DNA of 63,047 nt, the filler included, from Octopus bimaculoides (taxonomy: Eukaryota), in NCBI RefSeq assembly GCF_001194135.2. It is 11 parts of 10 records of this genome, joined end to end, with 100 filler letters (N's around TTAATTAATTAA, not from the genome) between each part and the next. Parts side by side here need not be neighbours in the genome. Positions count along the whole stretch, not along the records: positions 48,115 to 50,278 come from NC_068982.1; positions 50,379 to 57,029 come from NC_068985.1; positions 57,130 to 59,579 come from NW_026423134.1; positions 59,680 to 61,885 come from NW_026297655.1; 7 more parts are not named here. One strand, given 5' to 3'. Positions within the stretch are counted from its first letter, which is position 1, and every line of letters begins with the position of its first letter. Below, one piece after another: positions 49,930-61,560 of the stretch. A program made the translations under genes and the position numbers. The notes under the pieces are model-generated. The model searched no databases, had not been told where the DNA came from, and worked only from the letters and a program-made list of their open reading frames with translations.

Positions 49930-50278
49930 TATTTATTTATGTATTTATGTGTTTCAGCCAAGTGGCTGCGGTCATGCTTGTGCACCACCGTGATTTTCAC
50001 GTTCCTTGCATGGCTCTTCTCCTCCACCTGATATGGTCCAATCAAGAGTTGTGATGGCACATCTGGTGTATAAGAGAATGTGACACAACCCCACTAAACT
50101 GCGTCTCATTACGAGCCATTGGTTCGTCTGGTATCGTGGAGAGCAAAGAGTCAAGTTTTGTCTTGAAGACCTCCGCATCCATGTCTTGCATGTCTCTCAA
50201 ATGTTTTGGCAAGGCATTGAAGAGCTGAGGTCCTCTGAAACCGAGGCTGCTGCAGTATCTCGTTCTTATGTGAGATGC
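49930..50278 (-). mobile_element. CR1-clade LINE 3' end with stem-loop and (TAAA)-type tail
   Basis: FRGPQLFNALPKHLRDM..FKTKLDSLLSTIPDEP...SLIHQMCHHNS*, then CAGCCACTTGGCTG hairpin and a short AT-rich repeat. Confidence 0.9.
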
Positions 50279-50379
50279 NNNNNNNNNNNNNNNNNNNNNN
50301 NNNNNNNNNNNNNNNNNNNNNNTTAATTAATTAANNNNNNNNNNNNNNNNNNNNNNNNNNNNNNNNNNNNNNNNNNNNG

Positions 50380-50706
50380 AAATGGAAAAACTTTCAAAAT
50401 ACAAAGACCTGGAAATGGAGACAACTCGAATGTGGAGTCTAAAAACAGAAACAATTCCTATCATAGTAGGTGCCTTAGGTATAATAAAAAAATATTCAGA
50501 CAAATACATAACAAAAACACCAGGACTTACAAATATATATAACATACAGAAAATTGCACTACTGGGTACTGCACACATCCTACGCAAAACACTTTCAATA
50601 CAGTAAACATAAGAGCACCACAGCAAACCACAGCACATACCCAAGGCGCACAGAGCTGCGCTCGGTAGTGAAGTGAAAGCACGTTATAAAAATAAAACTA
50701 CTGAAC
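50380..50706 (+). mobile_element. R4/Dong-clade LINE 3' end (restriction-like endonuclease C-terminus plus UTR) followed by (AAT)n
   Basis: EKLSKYKDLEME..RMW....IPIIVGALG......LQKIALLGTAHILRK pattern. (AAT)n begins at 50707. Confidence 0.9.
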
Positions 50707-50730
50707 AATAATAATAATAATAATAATAAC

Positions 50731-50914
50731 AATCCTTTCTACTATAGACACCAGGCCTGAAATTTTTGGGGAGGGGCTAGTCGATTACATCGACTCCGAA
50801 AGAATGAAAGGCAAAGTCGACCTCGGCGGAATTTGAACTCAGAGCGTAAGGACGGACAAACTACCGCTAAGCATTTCGCCCGGCGTGCTAACGTTTCTGC
50901 CAGCTCGTCGTCTT
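50731..50914 (-). mobile_element. tRNA-derived SINE, family A
   Basis: Reverse complement begins AAGACGACGAGCTGGCAGAAACGTTAGCACGCCGGGCGAAATGCTTAGCGG. Confidence 0.9.
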
Positions 50915-50930
50915 AAGAAGGAGGAAGAGT

Positions 50931-51018
50931 GCTTACAGCACCTAGGTTTCCTAAGCGGTGACACATCTGCGTACTAACTAGTGGACGAGAATCGGTGCTT
51001 TCAACGTGATGTAGTAGT
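50931..51018 (-). pseudogene. 5S rRNA pseudogene with ~25-30 nt internal deletion
   Basis: Reads ACTACATCACGTTGAAAGCACCGATTCTCGTCC[del]ACTAGTTAGTACGCAGATGTGTCACCGCTTAGGAAACCTAGGTGCTGTAAGC, colinear with animal 5S rRNA. The box A region is missing. Confidence 0.8.
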
Positions 51019-51069
51019 AAACAACAACGACATCATCAGCAACAACAACAACAATAATAATAATAGTAA

Positions 51070-51596
51070 TAATAATAATGATCGTAACTGATTGGAAGTG
51101 TTATCATGTACATTGTTTTGTCTTGGTATAAAAGACGGGCTACAGCAAATATTCTGCTCAATACCACAGATTTGCTTGTCAGTTGCTTGACCTTAACCAG
51201 TTGAGCTTGTCCCTTACTGGCTGACGATATGTGCATCTCTGATCATGAGCAGAAGTAGTGGGTGAGCATCATAGCTATCTATTGAGAGGAATTATTTGTG
51301 GTTTGAATAATTTACCTCTGGAAACATGGGTGTTTTGTACATCATCCTTAAACAACCCTTATTCAGGGACCTTTTAAGTGGGATGGGCTACTCGACCTGA
51401 AGAAAATTCTAACTGGGCCCCACCTGCCAGGTCATGCTTTGTTAATCTTGATATGAGATCACCATGTCGTGCACATATGGTTGTGATACATGTACCCAGT
51501 GCACCCTTACCAGACGGGTAGTCATGATGGCTATACTGGGCTTCGTATATTTGTACCTCAGTGTCACTTTGATGGAATGCACTGCTCTCTCACTCA
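51070..51596. mobile_element. ~530-bp unclassified element flanked by (AAT)n
   Basis: Complex, non-coding sequence with (AAT)n on the left and AATAGTAATAAG on the right. Only one copy in the window, so repeat status is inference. Confidence 0.45.
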
Positions 51597-51611
51597 ATAG
51601 TAATAAGAACC

Positions 51612-52340
51612 TGTTTATTGCTTTTGTGGAGGTCTTATAGCACAGTTCTATCTGCATCATTCCTCTTTCCCCTTACTTTTAGATAGGTACAGACGACCAA
51701 CGTCTGCTTTTGGGTAGTGCATGTTCTTGGAAGTTAGTAGTTTTCTTGTATTCCTGTCCAGCTGTTGGAGCTCTGTAGGATTCCAGTTAATGATGTTAAA
51801 ACTCTATTGGACGACTGGAAACGGCAGGTTGTTAATGGCTTCGATGTGAATTTTGGAGTTGAGTTCAGTTTTTCGTATAAGTCTGTAGTACTCCTTTCTT
51901 ATTTTTTTCTTTCATAGCAGCATGTTGTATGCCATCTCTTTCGTTTATCCCCAGGTATAACTTTCTTGTGGGTCAAGTTCCTTGATGATATCATCGGTTT
52001 CTAACTTAATGGAAGCTGTTTACTTGAGCTTGCCTCTTATAAAAGTTGCTTTAGCACACTTATCGAGGCCAAAGTCCATCCCGATGTCATTGCTGAACAT
52101 TCTTTAGCTGTTGCTAACAGCCTTACTAGCTCTTCGTCATTTCTCGCAAACAGCTTCAGATCATCCATATAAAACAGATGGTTTATTGTAGTATTATAAA
52201 CTTTGTACCCGTACCTAGTGGTATTCAGTTCGTTTGAGAGAGGGATCAGTGCTATACAAAAGAGTAACGGGGAGAGGGAGTCACCTTGAAAGATGCCTCG
52301 TTTGATGTTGATGTTTGTTATGGCGAAGATTGTGCACAAG
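51612..52340 (-). mobile_element. R4/Dong-clade LINE RT fragment
   Basis: IKRGIFQGDSLSPLLFCIAL, INHLFYMDDLKLFA, FSNDIGMDFGLDKC, DVGRLY, GERGMMQIE. Confidence 0.92.
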
Positions 52341-53084
52341 GGTGTAAGAACAGCGTTACCCAAGTAATTACTTGGATATGGTTATCTAAAATAACCTTTC
52401 GCAGAATTAATATGTTCACACAGAACGACAGAACGCACTCCGTACTACTCCAAACGTAGTTACGATATTAAGCTAACATAGTAACTAATACGAACGGTCA
52501 ACACTGTCAACTACTGACAATCCACACAGATTCTTTATTTTACTGAAATGCGTCAGTCCATTTTCAGTTACATCCTCTTTATCACAGGATTCGCTGAAGT
52601 ATGTTTCACCGGCGCCAGATCATAACAGCACAGTTATATTATCTATGTCACAGGATTGGCTGGAATATCCTTGCAGCTCACTGCAATCACGGAAGTCATA
52701 TGAAAGGTCAAATAGAAGAGTGTTTGAGGAGGAGCGCAATTTCATAACAGAAGGGCAACCCTGGCGCAGTACACCAAATCGATCCTGTTTCAATATATTA
52801 AGAAATACATACACGTCGTTGTCGGATATTTTATCAATTCCATCGATCTCCAGAGATACAATATGAGATCAGCTAGCTCAGTGCAATCATATCGGTCACC
52901 TGGAAGAAGATGAGTCTCTTCACCTATAACACCTTCGCTACAGAAAATTTCGAACTCACTGATACCTCGACGCCTTTTATTTTCATCGGCTCTTTTTTAT
53001 CCTGTTGCAGAATCTTTTTCAAAGGATTCACTGGAAGTTGCTCCTAGTTGACTTCCAGGAGACATGTTACAACACTTATGGAAC

Positions 53085-53162
53085 AAGGGAACAACACGCT
53101 GCCGGGAATCGAACTCACGACCCTGTAATCGTGAGCAGAATACCCAAACCACTAAGCCATGC
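53085..53162 (-). mobile_element. tRNA-derived SINE head
   Basis: A box TGGCTTAGTGG, B box GAGTTCGATTCCC, continuing into a SINE body (GTGTTGTTCCCTTG) rather than a tRNA acceptor stem. Confidence 0.7.
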
Positions 53163-54176
53163 ATTGTCACCTTCCTCTACACAGGCTTATGTACACTCCA
53201 GAACGGCGATGTTCCGTAGCTATTCTGAATTGCCATAGTCATCGCCTATCAGGAAAAAGGGCAACCTACCTTTTATTTTTTTTACGTCAGTTCACAGTCT
53301 GGTACCAACTCCCGCAGAGAGTAGATAAGGATCTATTTAACAGTTTGGGCTCTTCGCTACCGTCTATATCAGGCAATTGCACCTGAGTGCTCATTTTATT
53401 TCACCTGCAGGCTGGTATATTCGTATGTACAAATATAGTAAATTTTTCAGTTTTAAAATTTATACAATATTCGTATGCTTATTTCAACCAAAGTAAGTGT
53501 GACCCGAATATGACACATCTTTCACAGTAACCCCTATCAAAGTCTACTTTTGACACCCTTCCTAGCATGTTTGACTGCAAGCAAGCAATAACAAACTTCC
53601 GTTATCAAACCAGAAAAACTGTCTCCACCAATCCTATTTTTTTTACACAACTAATTCGTCTTTCTGCCTACATTACACGTAATTTTTATTTACATTATCC
53701 CACCAACCAAAAGCAAATCCTGCTAAAACACCGTATATAAGATCCAAAGCAGACATTTCTCCGCATTGTGTGCAAGGAATCCTACATAAGCGTTAACACC
53801 TCAAAACTTATGCTCACAAGAATCTACAAACACGGGCATTCCAATATTTCGATGATTAAGTACAATTGGGGTAAAAACTACTTTATTGTGAGGGAGATTC
53901 GTGGTCCAGTCTTAACACATTCGTTTTATAGAAAAAATACAAGCTAAAACTTATGGTTTTTCAAGTTCAGGTGTGACAACTAAAGATAAACAACAGTAAA
54001 ACTGCTTTAATGTCTCATCGCTTACGCTATTCTCTGTAAACTCGTTGATATTGATGAAATTCATGTACAAATAAGGTACATCATGTAGGAGACGCTAGGT
54101 AAAAGACAATACTGAAAATGATCACTTTCAGTAATCAAAAATACATATTGTGACTGACTAATCTACTATATATACA

Positions 54177-54219
<43 letters not shown>

Positions 54220-54280
54220 ATATCGCTTACGCTATTTTCTGTAAACTCGTTGATATTGATGAAAGTCATGTACAAATAAT

Positions 54281-54495
54281 CCTTTCCACTGGAGGTACAA
54301 GGCCTCAAATATAGGAGCAGAGGATTAGTCGATTACATCGATCCCCAGTACACAACTGGTACTTAATTTATCGGTCCCAAAAGGATGAAAGACAAAGTCG
54401 ACTTCTGCGGAATTTGATCTCAGAATGTAGCGGCAGACGAAATACCGCCAAGCATTTCACCCGGCGTGCTAACGATTCTGCCAGCACGCCGCCTT
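54281..54495 (-). mobile_element. tRNA-derived SINE, family A, with 17-bp TSD
   Basis: AGTCATGTACAAATAAT at 54264-54280 and 54496-54512. Confidence 0.95.
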
Positions 54496-54696
54496 AGTCA
54501 TGTACAAATAATGTACTTCATGTGGGAGATGCTGAAAAAGTCACTTTCAGTAATCAAAAATACAAATTGTGACTGACTAATCTACTACTGTTCATCAAAA
54601 AAAGCTGATTTAGTATTCTGCTTTGGGGCAGCATTTGATGAATGTCCTCCATTTTTATTGATATAGAACATTTAAAACCGGGCGCAAATGCAAAGG

Positions 54697-54805
54697 CTCA
54701 GGCGTGGCTGTCTGGTAAGAAGTTTGCTTCCCAACCACATATGGTTCTGAGTTCAGTCCCACTGCGTGGTACCTTGTGAGTGGATTTGGTAGACGGAAAC
54801 TGAAA
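54697..54805 (+). mobile_element. Family B-like SINE head fragment
   Basis: GTGGCTGTCTGGTAAGAAGTTTGCTTCCCAACCAC...GTTCAGTCCCACTGCGTGG. Confidence 0.8.
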
Positions 54806-55084
54806 TTACACATACACATACACACTCATACACACACATGTATGTATGTATGTATGTATGTATGTATGTATGTATGTATGTATGTACAAATTTGTATGTT
54901 TTATGTATGTATTCTCATGCATTTAGTTACATATCTAGACATGCTCATATATATTTAAATGCTAAACTTCTGGAAAGTTTTACAGATTTTTACAGTTCCA
55001 GTGATGAATTAGATCTATAGTCTTCGAATTAGCATTCTCCTTTCTGGTTTTGAGAAGCTTAATTTCTCAAGATAGTTATTTAAA

Positions 55085-55470
55085 CAGTGTGTTACATATC
55101 CCATAGTGGTGTATGTTCAGGAGAAAGGGTGAGTGGACGAAACCGTATTGACGAACTGGTTAAACGACGTGTGGTTCAAGCGCCCAGGGGCTATGCTTAA
55201 TTCAAAGTCGCTTCTTGTATGGGATATGTTCAGAGCTCATCTGATCGACAGCATAAAAAAATAAAGGAGCGTCGTACCTACCAAGCTGTGACTCCATCTT
55301 TGCTTTAGCCACTCGACATGTCAGTGAACAAGCCTTTTAAGGTGAATATGCGCGCCAAGTGGAGTGAATGGATGGTTAATGGTGATAAGAAAATGACAAA
55401 GACTGTGAACTTTAAACGCCCCGACCGTAAGACTGTTTGCCAATGGGTGATAGATTAATGGGCTGAAATG
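55085..55470 (+). mobile_element. pogo/Tigger-family (DDE_1) transposase fragment
   Basis: WLNDVWFKRPG...SLLVWDMFRAH...PLDMSVNKPFK...WSEWM..G...VCQWV. Confidence 0.88.
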
Positions 55471-55479
55471 CGGGATCTC

Positions 55480-56006
55480 AAATTCCGTGGATGGTTGGGA
55501 AGACTTCGAGCTATATAATGACTTCACGGGAACTAGCCCGCAGATTTAGAAAAATCCTGAAGGATACGAATTTGAACATAAAAGTCATAGAAAAACCAGG
55601 GAAATCCTTCAGGTCAATAACATGCAAAACATACCCGTTCAGAAAGACCAAGTGTGTAGAGGAGAACTGTGTAGTGCGCAAATATAGCTCTGGTGACAAC
55701 TGCAAAACCAGAAATGTAATTTACCGAAGAAACTGCATGGATGGTGATTTTATAAACCGGAAGACTGCATACATAGGTGAAACGGCGAAAAGTTTTGCAC
55801 GCGTATAAATGGACGCGTATAGAGGGAATACAAGGATCAAAGACAAGCCTCGATACTCTACCAGCATGCCAAAAAAACAACATGGTGGTGTGCTGAACCG
55901 GATTAGTATAGAAATCCTGTCTAGACACCCGGAAAACGCATCGCTACGACAGATACGAGAGTCAGTCTTCATCAACGAAACACGACCGGTTTTGAATAGT
56001 AAATAG
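55480..56006 (+). mobile_element. PLE C-terminal GIY-YIG endonuclease fragment (third PLE family)
   Basis: IKVIEKPG...YPF...C....C...CKTRNVIY..NC...AYIGETAKS...LRQIRESVFI...LNSK*. Confidence 0.8.
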
Positions 56007-56034
56007 AAAAAGGCCTTACAAAGACAAATGGACG

Positions 56035-56490
<456 letters not shown>

Positions 56491-56912
56491 AATTTATTCG
56501 AGAGAAACGTCATATGGATGAACGTGTGCGTTTACGGAGAAAACAAAGAGAAAGCCAAAATAGCTATTTGATGTATATAAAAATAATATAAGTCAGTATT
56601 AAAAACAAACAAACAAACTAACACTGACACAGCTACAGATGCACACACTTACGTATAAATACGCACACATGCAGACATACACACACTCACATACTCACCT
56701 CGGACAGATCCTGGACAAATCCCAACGCTGGAACATCAGTTCAAAAGAAACGGAAGTAGAGGGACATGTCACTGATGAGATTGCAACAATGCGATGAAAT
56801 AATTATTTGACAAAAACAAAAAACAAAAACAAAAACACGAACAATACTGAACAATAAGAATAAAGGACCGAACCAGTGCGTGTGTTTATTATTACCGGCA
56901 TAATGACCCAGC

Positions 56913-56963
56913 CAAGGTTCAATAGTATTTCGTTTAACACCTAAATTCTCATCAGGAATCTTG
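56913..56963 (-). ncRNA. Minimal type I hammerhead ribozyme, family 2, intact core
   Basis: CAAGATTC-CTGATGA-GAATTTAGGTGTTAAAC-GAA-ATACTAT-T-GAACCTTG. Stem I pairs 7 of 8, G10.1-C11.1 present, near-palindromic ATAcTAT stem III. Confidence 0.75.
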
Positions 56964-57128
56964 CAAACCAAATACAAATACGAACTATATACATACATAC
57001 ACACACACAAATATATATATATATATATANNNNNNNNNNNNNNNNNNNNNNNNNNNNNNNNNNNNNNNNNNNNTTAATTAATTAANNNNNNNNNNNNNNN
57101 NNNNNNNNNNNNNNNNNNNNNNNNNNNN

Positions 57129-57650
57129 NGGGGGCGTCCCTGAAGAATCACCGGATACCTGGAACCGGCCATTCTTAAAAAATATTGCACAACCAGATCT
57201 TTGTCTGATTGGATCCATAGGGTCAAAACAGCTCTGGACCCGACCTAATCAGCTACAGGCAACATGTTAATGTTCAAGAGCCTGGCGTGGCTACCACCGA
57301 GACCCCAGCTGATAGTATCCTCGATCCACTCTTGTTTTATTCCGAGTGGCAGCCCGCAAACCCAGGCTCTCATCAATTTCCTCCCACAATACGTGGGAAG
57401 AAACAATATTTCTTCGATCTTTACGGGCTCACTCGCGAAATTGCTATCTTCTTCAGGGGTGTCAAATAGCAACCACACCGTCGCATATTTTACACAACTG
57501 GAAATGAACTTTATCGTTGGCATAAACTTCGCCAACTCTTCCTCAATGTCTATTTTATTGAAGAGGGCGATGGTGTCGAGCGACTTGGAGTATGTCCTCA
57601 ACACCATAGTACTCTTTTCGAAGTATTGTAACTACTGTTTGGGGGGGGGG
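57129..57650 (-). mobile_element. Probable Tx1/L1-clade ORF1 fragment
   Basis: RRM-like VWLLFDTPEE...RAWVCGLPLGI, ending YPVILQGRP at the gap, as precedes the zinc knuckle in Tx1 ORF1s. Confidence 0.6.
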
Positions 57651-58989
57651 CAATTTCCCACTCCAAAACATTGTCTTTGTTCATTGCCATCTTTTTTATA
57701 AATAAAATGTTCAAAAACAGTTCACAATAAAATCCAAAAAGGAAGGAAGAAAAGGAAGAAGTCAAAAGAAGTCCAAAAAGGAAGGAAGAAAGGAAGAATT
57801 CAAAAGAAAGTTTCAACAAAAAAAGGGAGAAAAAAGAAAACAGTTCAATAAAGAATGTCACAAGGAAGATAGCAGAAGAACAAAAACCTACAGTTCAAAA
57901 TACAGCAAAACATACTCCAGGCCCAATCGGTACTCCACTTGAACCCGGAACGCCACACAGTTTTCACGAAAATTAGTAAAAAGAAGTTGTAATAACTTCT
58001 AAATGTTCACAATTTTTAACGCAAAACTATTCACCAAAGGGAACAGATTTTCGGACGCGAAATACGCCCTCACAATTAAGTGAGAAAAAATATTCACTTA
58101 AAATGAACAAATTTTGCCCCAAAAACAACAGTTCTCAAAACTGAGTCACTTAGCGCGACTATAGGCAGACAAATGTCCGGGACCCAGTGGGGACTTCTTA
58201 TTTGAACAAAGAAAAAAATATCAAACAAGAAAATCCCACTAAATCCCTCCCACCAAAAAAAAAAAAANNNNNNNNNNNNNNNNNNNNNNNNNNNNNNNNN
58301 NNNNNNNNNNNNNNNNNNNNNNNNNNNNNNNNNNNNNNNNNNNNNNNNNNNNNNNNNNNNNNNNNNNNNNNNNNNNNNNNNNNNNNNNNNNNNNNNNNNN
58401 NNNNNNNNNNNNNNNNNNNNNNNNNNNNNNNNNNNNNNNNNNNNNNNNNNNNNNNNNNNNNNNNNNNNNNNNNNNNNNNNNNNNNNNNNNNNNNNNNNNN
58501 NNNNNNNNNNNNNNNNNNNNNNNNNNNNNNNNNNNNNNNNNNNNNNNNNNNNNNNNNNNNNNNNNNNNNNNNNNNNNNNNNNNNNNNNNNNNNNNNNNNN
58601 NNNNNNNNNNNNNNNNNNNNNNNNNNNNNNNNNNNNNNNNNNNNNNNNNNNNNNNNNNNNNNNNNNNNNNNNNNNNNNNNNNNNNNNNNNNNNNNNNNNN
58701 NNNNNNNNNNNNNNNNNNNNNNNNNNNNNNNNNNNNNNNNNNNNNNNNNNNNNNNNNNNATATTCACTTAAAATGAACAAATTTTGCCCCAAAAACAACA
58801 GTTCTCAAAACTGAGTCACTTAGCGCGACTATAGGCAGACAAATGTCCGGGACCCAGTGGGGACTTCTTATTTGAACAAAGAAAAACAATATCAACAACA
58901 AGAAGGAAAGAATAAGTTTCAGAGTTAGTGAATGAATAATGTTCTTCTAAATGTACAACTATAAGGTGTACTCAAAGATGTTGCTTAGT

Positions 58990-59330
58990 ATTGGCCTGGA
59001 AGTAAACACCATATACACTGTACACACACAAAACACAGTAAATACCGTACGCACAGAAAACGAAGTAAGCACAGTACACAGAGTAAACACCGTACACACA
59101 GCAAGCAAAGGAGCCCAGTACACACTGTAGGAAGAATAGAGTCAGTAAACATAGTTCATAGAGTAAAGGCCGTCACATAGAAAGCACAGGACACACAGGA
59201 TACACCGTACGCACAGAAAAGAATATAAACACAGTAAACACCATACACACAGAAAACACAGTAAACAAAGTACACACAATAAACACCGTATCAACAAAAT
59301 AACACACGCACATGTTAATCCACTCGCATA
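58990..59330 (+). repeat. Degenerate minisatellite built on ACACAGTAAACACCGTAC(G/A)CACAGAAAA
   Basis: Motif recurs about 6-8 times with variable spacing. Confidence 0.7.
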
Positions 59331-59679
59331 CATACACAATGAAAAGGAAGCTGACCAAAAAAGACAGTGTAGACAATGAAATACGTATAGAAAATATTGC
59401 ATAGATTTTGAGAAGTGCTTTGAAGGTCTTTTAATGATGACGAGAGAACCAAACGCACTGGAGTTCGTTGTAGGTTATAAATAACATAGCCACTTGCTTA
59501 TCGGAAAATTTGGTAGTTCGATATTTTAAATTAATTTTTTTAATGTATCAACATATACATATTTATACTCCGCTGAAATNNNNNNNNNNNNNNNNNNNNN
59601 NNNNNNNNNNNNNNNNNNNNNNNTTAATTAATTAANNNNNNNNNNNNNNNNNNNNNNNNNNNNNNNNNNNNNNNNNNNN

Positions 59680-59718
<39 letters not shown>

Positions 59719-60807
59719 TGTAGAATTTGTACATGTGTGAGTTTGTGTGTGTATGTATGTGTGTGTGTGTGTGTGGAACATATTTATCCTGGACACATTC
59801 GTTTTCTAAGAAACCTCTCTTGGCACATTACTAATATATAACAGTTGTTTTAAAAAGCTGATATCCTTTGGGTATATCTGACTTACTTTCCATAAGTGTT
59901 ACACACACACACACACATCTATATATATTTACATATATATACCTGTATATATATATATGCATATATACACATACATATATATATTATTTCACACACACAC
60001 ACACTCACACACACACACTCATGTATTTTTGTGGAACTTTTTAAATGATCTTCCTCTTGATAGTTAAAGCTGAACTAAGAACATGTGGATGGAATCTTAT
60101 AATACAAATCAGGTAAGAGTTCCACCCTAATTAAATATTTCCTTTATCACTTTTAGACAATCATCATCGTCATTCACCATCATCACTTGAAAACTAACTG
60201 CCCGCTAGCACAGAAACAATAGTAACAACAACGACAACAACAAAACCATGAGAAACAACAACAACCACAAGAAAACCAAAAACTGAGCAAAAAAAACAGC
60301 ACTACTACCGAAACCGCCATATGCACAACTGATTAAACAGCTCTACAAACAAATGAAGGAACATCAACAACTAATAAGCCAGCCAAACCAAATAACACCA
60401 CCACTAGCGCCACCAAAAACAGAACCAACACCATCATCGCCACCACCACCAACAACTCCAAAGGAAGAAAACTCATACCCCACCCCCAAAAACCCAAACA
60501 CCACATCCCAGCTGTCACCAAACAGCACCAACACCACCAACAACAAAATCAACACACTCAGAAAAAGACCCCAATACCTTTCCCAATATCCTCCCACTCT
60601 CTGATTCCTCGTCAGATGAAGATGACACAGAGGATTGGAAAGTGACCACAGGGGGAAGGAGAAAAAGGGTGGGAAAAGAATAGAGAAGCAGACAAACAAA
60701 GCAGGGAGGTTTACCACTCCCGAAACCAAAATACCTGCAGAAAACTAAAGCATCAACACAAACACACCAACACCAAACTCCACAACAATGTTGACAGTTA
60801 TAAATTT

Positions 60808-61150
60808 ATCATCATCATCGTTGTCATCATCTTTTAACATCTGCTCTCCAGGCTGACATGGGTTTGATGGTTTGACTGAAGCTGGTGAGCCGGAGAGCTG
60901 CACCAGGTTCCAGTCTGATTTGGTATGGTTTCTACAGCTAGACGCCCTTCCTAATGCCAACCACTCAAGGAGTGTAATGGGTGCTTTTACATGCCACTGG
61001 CATGGGGTGCCATTTACATGACATCAGCAATGACCACAACTATGATTCACGGGAGCCATGTATAAAGGCACCCACAACAACCATGGCTACAATGCACAAG
61101 TGACATTTACAAGGCACCGGCAGCGACCTTGACTACGATTCATGGGTGCC
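60808..61150 (-). mobile_element. RTE 3' tail / RTE-derived short element
   Basis: (CAT)n then GACGCCCTTCCTAATGCCAACCACTC...GGGTGCTTTTAC. Confidence 0.85.
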
Positions 61151-61163
61151 ATTATCATCATCA

Positions 61164-61206
<43 letters not shown>

Positions 61207-61209
<3 letters not shown>

Positions 61210-61560
61210 GGTGCCAGCCTGGCAGAATTGTTAACATGTTGGGCAAATTGTTTACTTTCATTTCATCCACCTTTATGATCTTAGTTCAAATTCTGCCAAG
61301 GCCGACTTTCGTGGTCAATAAAATAAGTACCAGTTGAGCAGTTAAGTCGATGTGATCCATTCATGCCCTCCCTTGAATATGCTGGCCTTGTGCTAACATT
61401 TGAAGCCAATATTTCTTCTGGCTTTAAGTTTTGAGTTCAAATACCACAAGGTTGAGCCATCCTTTCGTTTGTCTGGGGTCATCAAAATAAAAGTACCAGT
61501 CAGATATTGAGACAATGTAATCAACTAATCCCCTCAAAATCATTGGTCTTGTGCCAAAAC
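61207..61560. mobile_element. Diverged family A SINE (61207-61410, +) and a second partial copy (~61430-61560, -)
   Basis: AAGGTGCCAGCCTGGCAGAATTGTTAAC head, GCTGGCCTTGTGC tail. Confidence 0.65.

Noticed and set aside
52588-52598. 11-nt microexon-like GATTCGCTGAA between CACAG and GTATGT
   Set aside because: The motif recurs ~65 bp later without a donor, it is not frame-preserving, and no flanking exons support it.
58990-59330. CRISPR-like repeat-spacer array
   Set aside because: Units are degenerate and irregularly spaced, with no constant repeat or unique spacers and no cas genes, in eukaryotic context.
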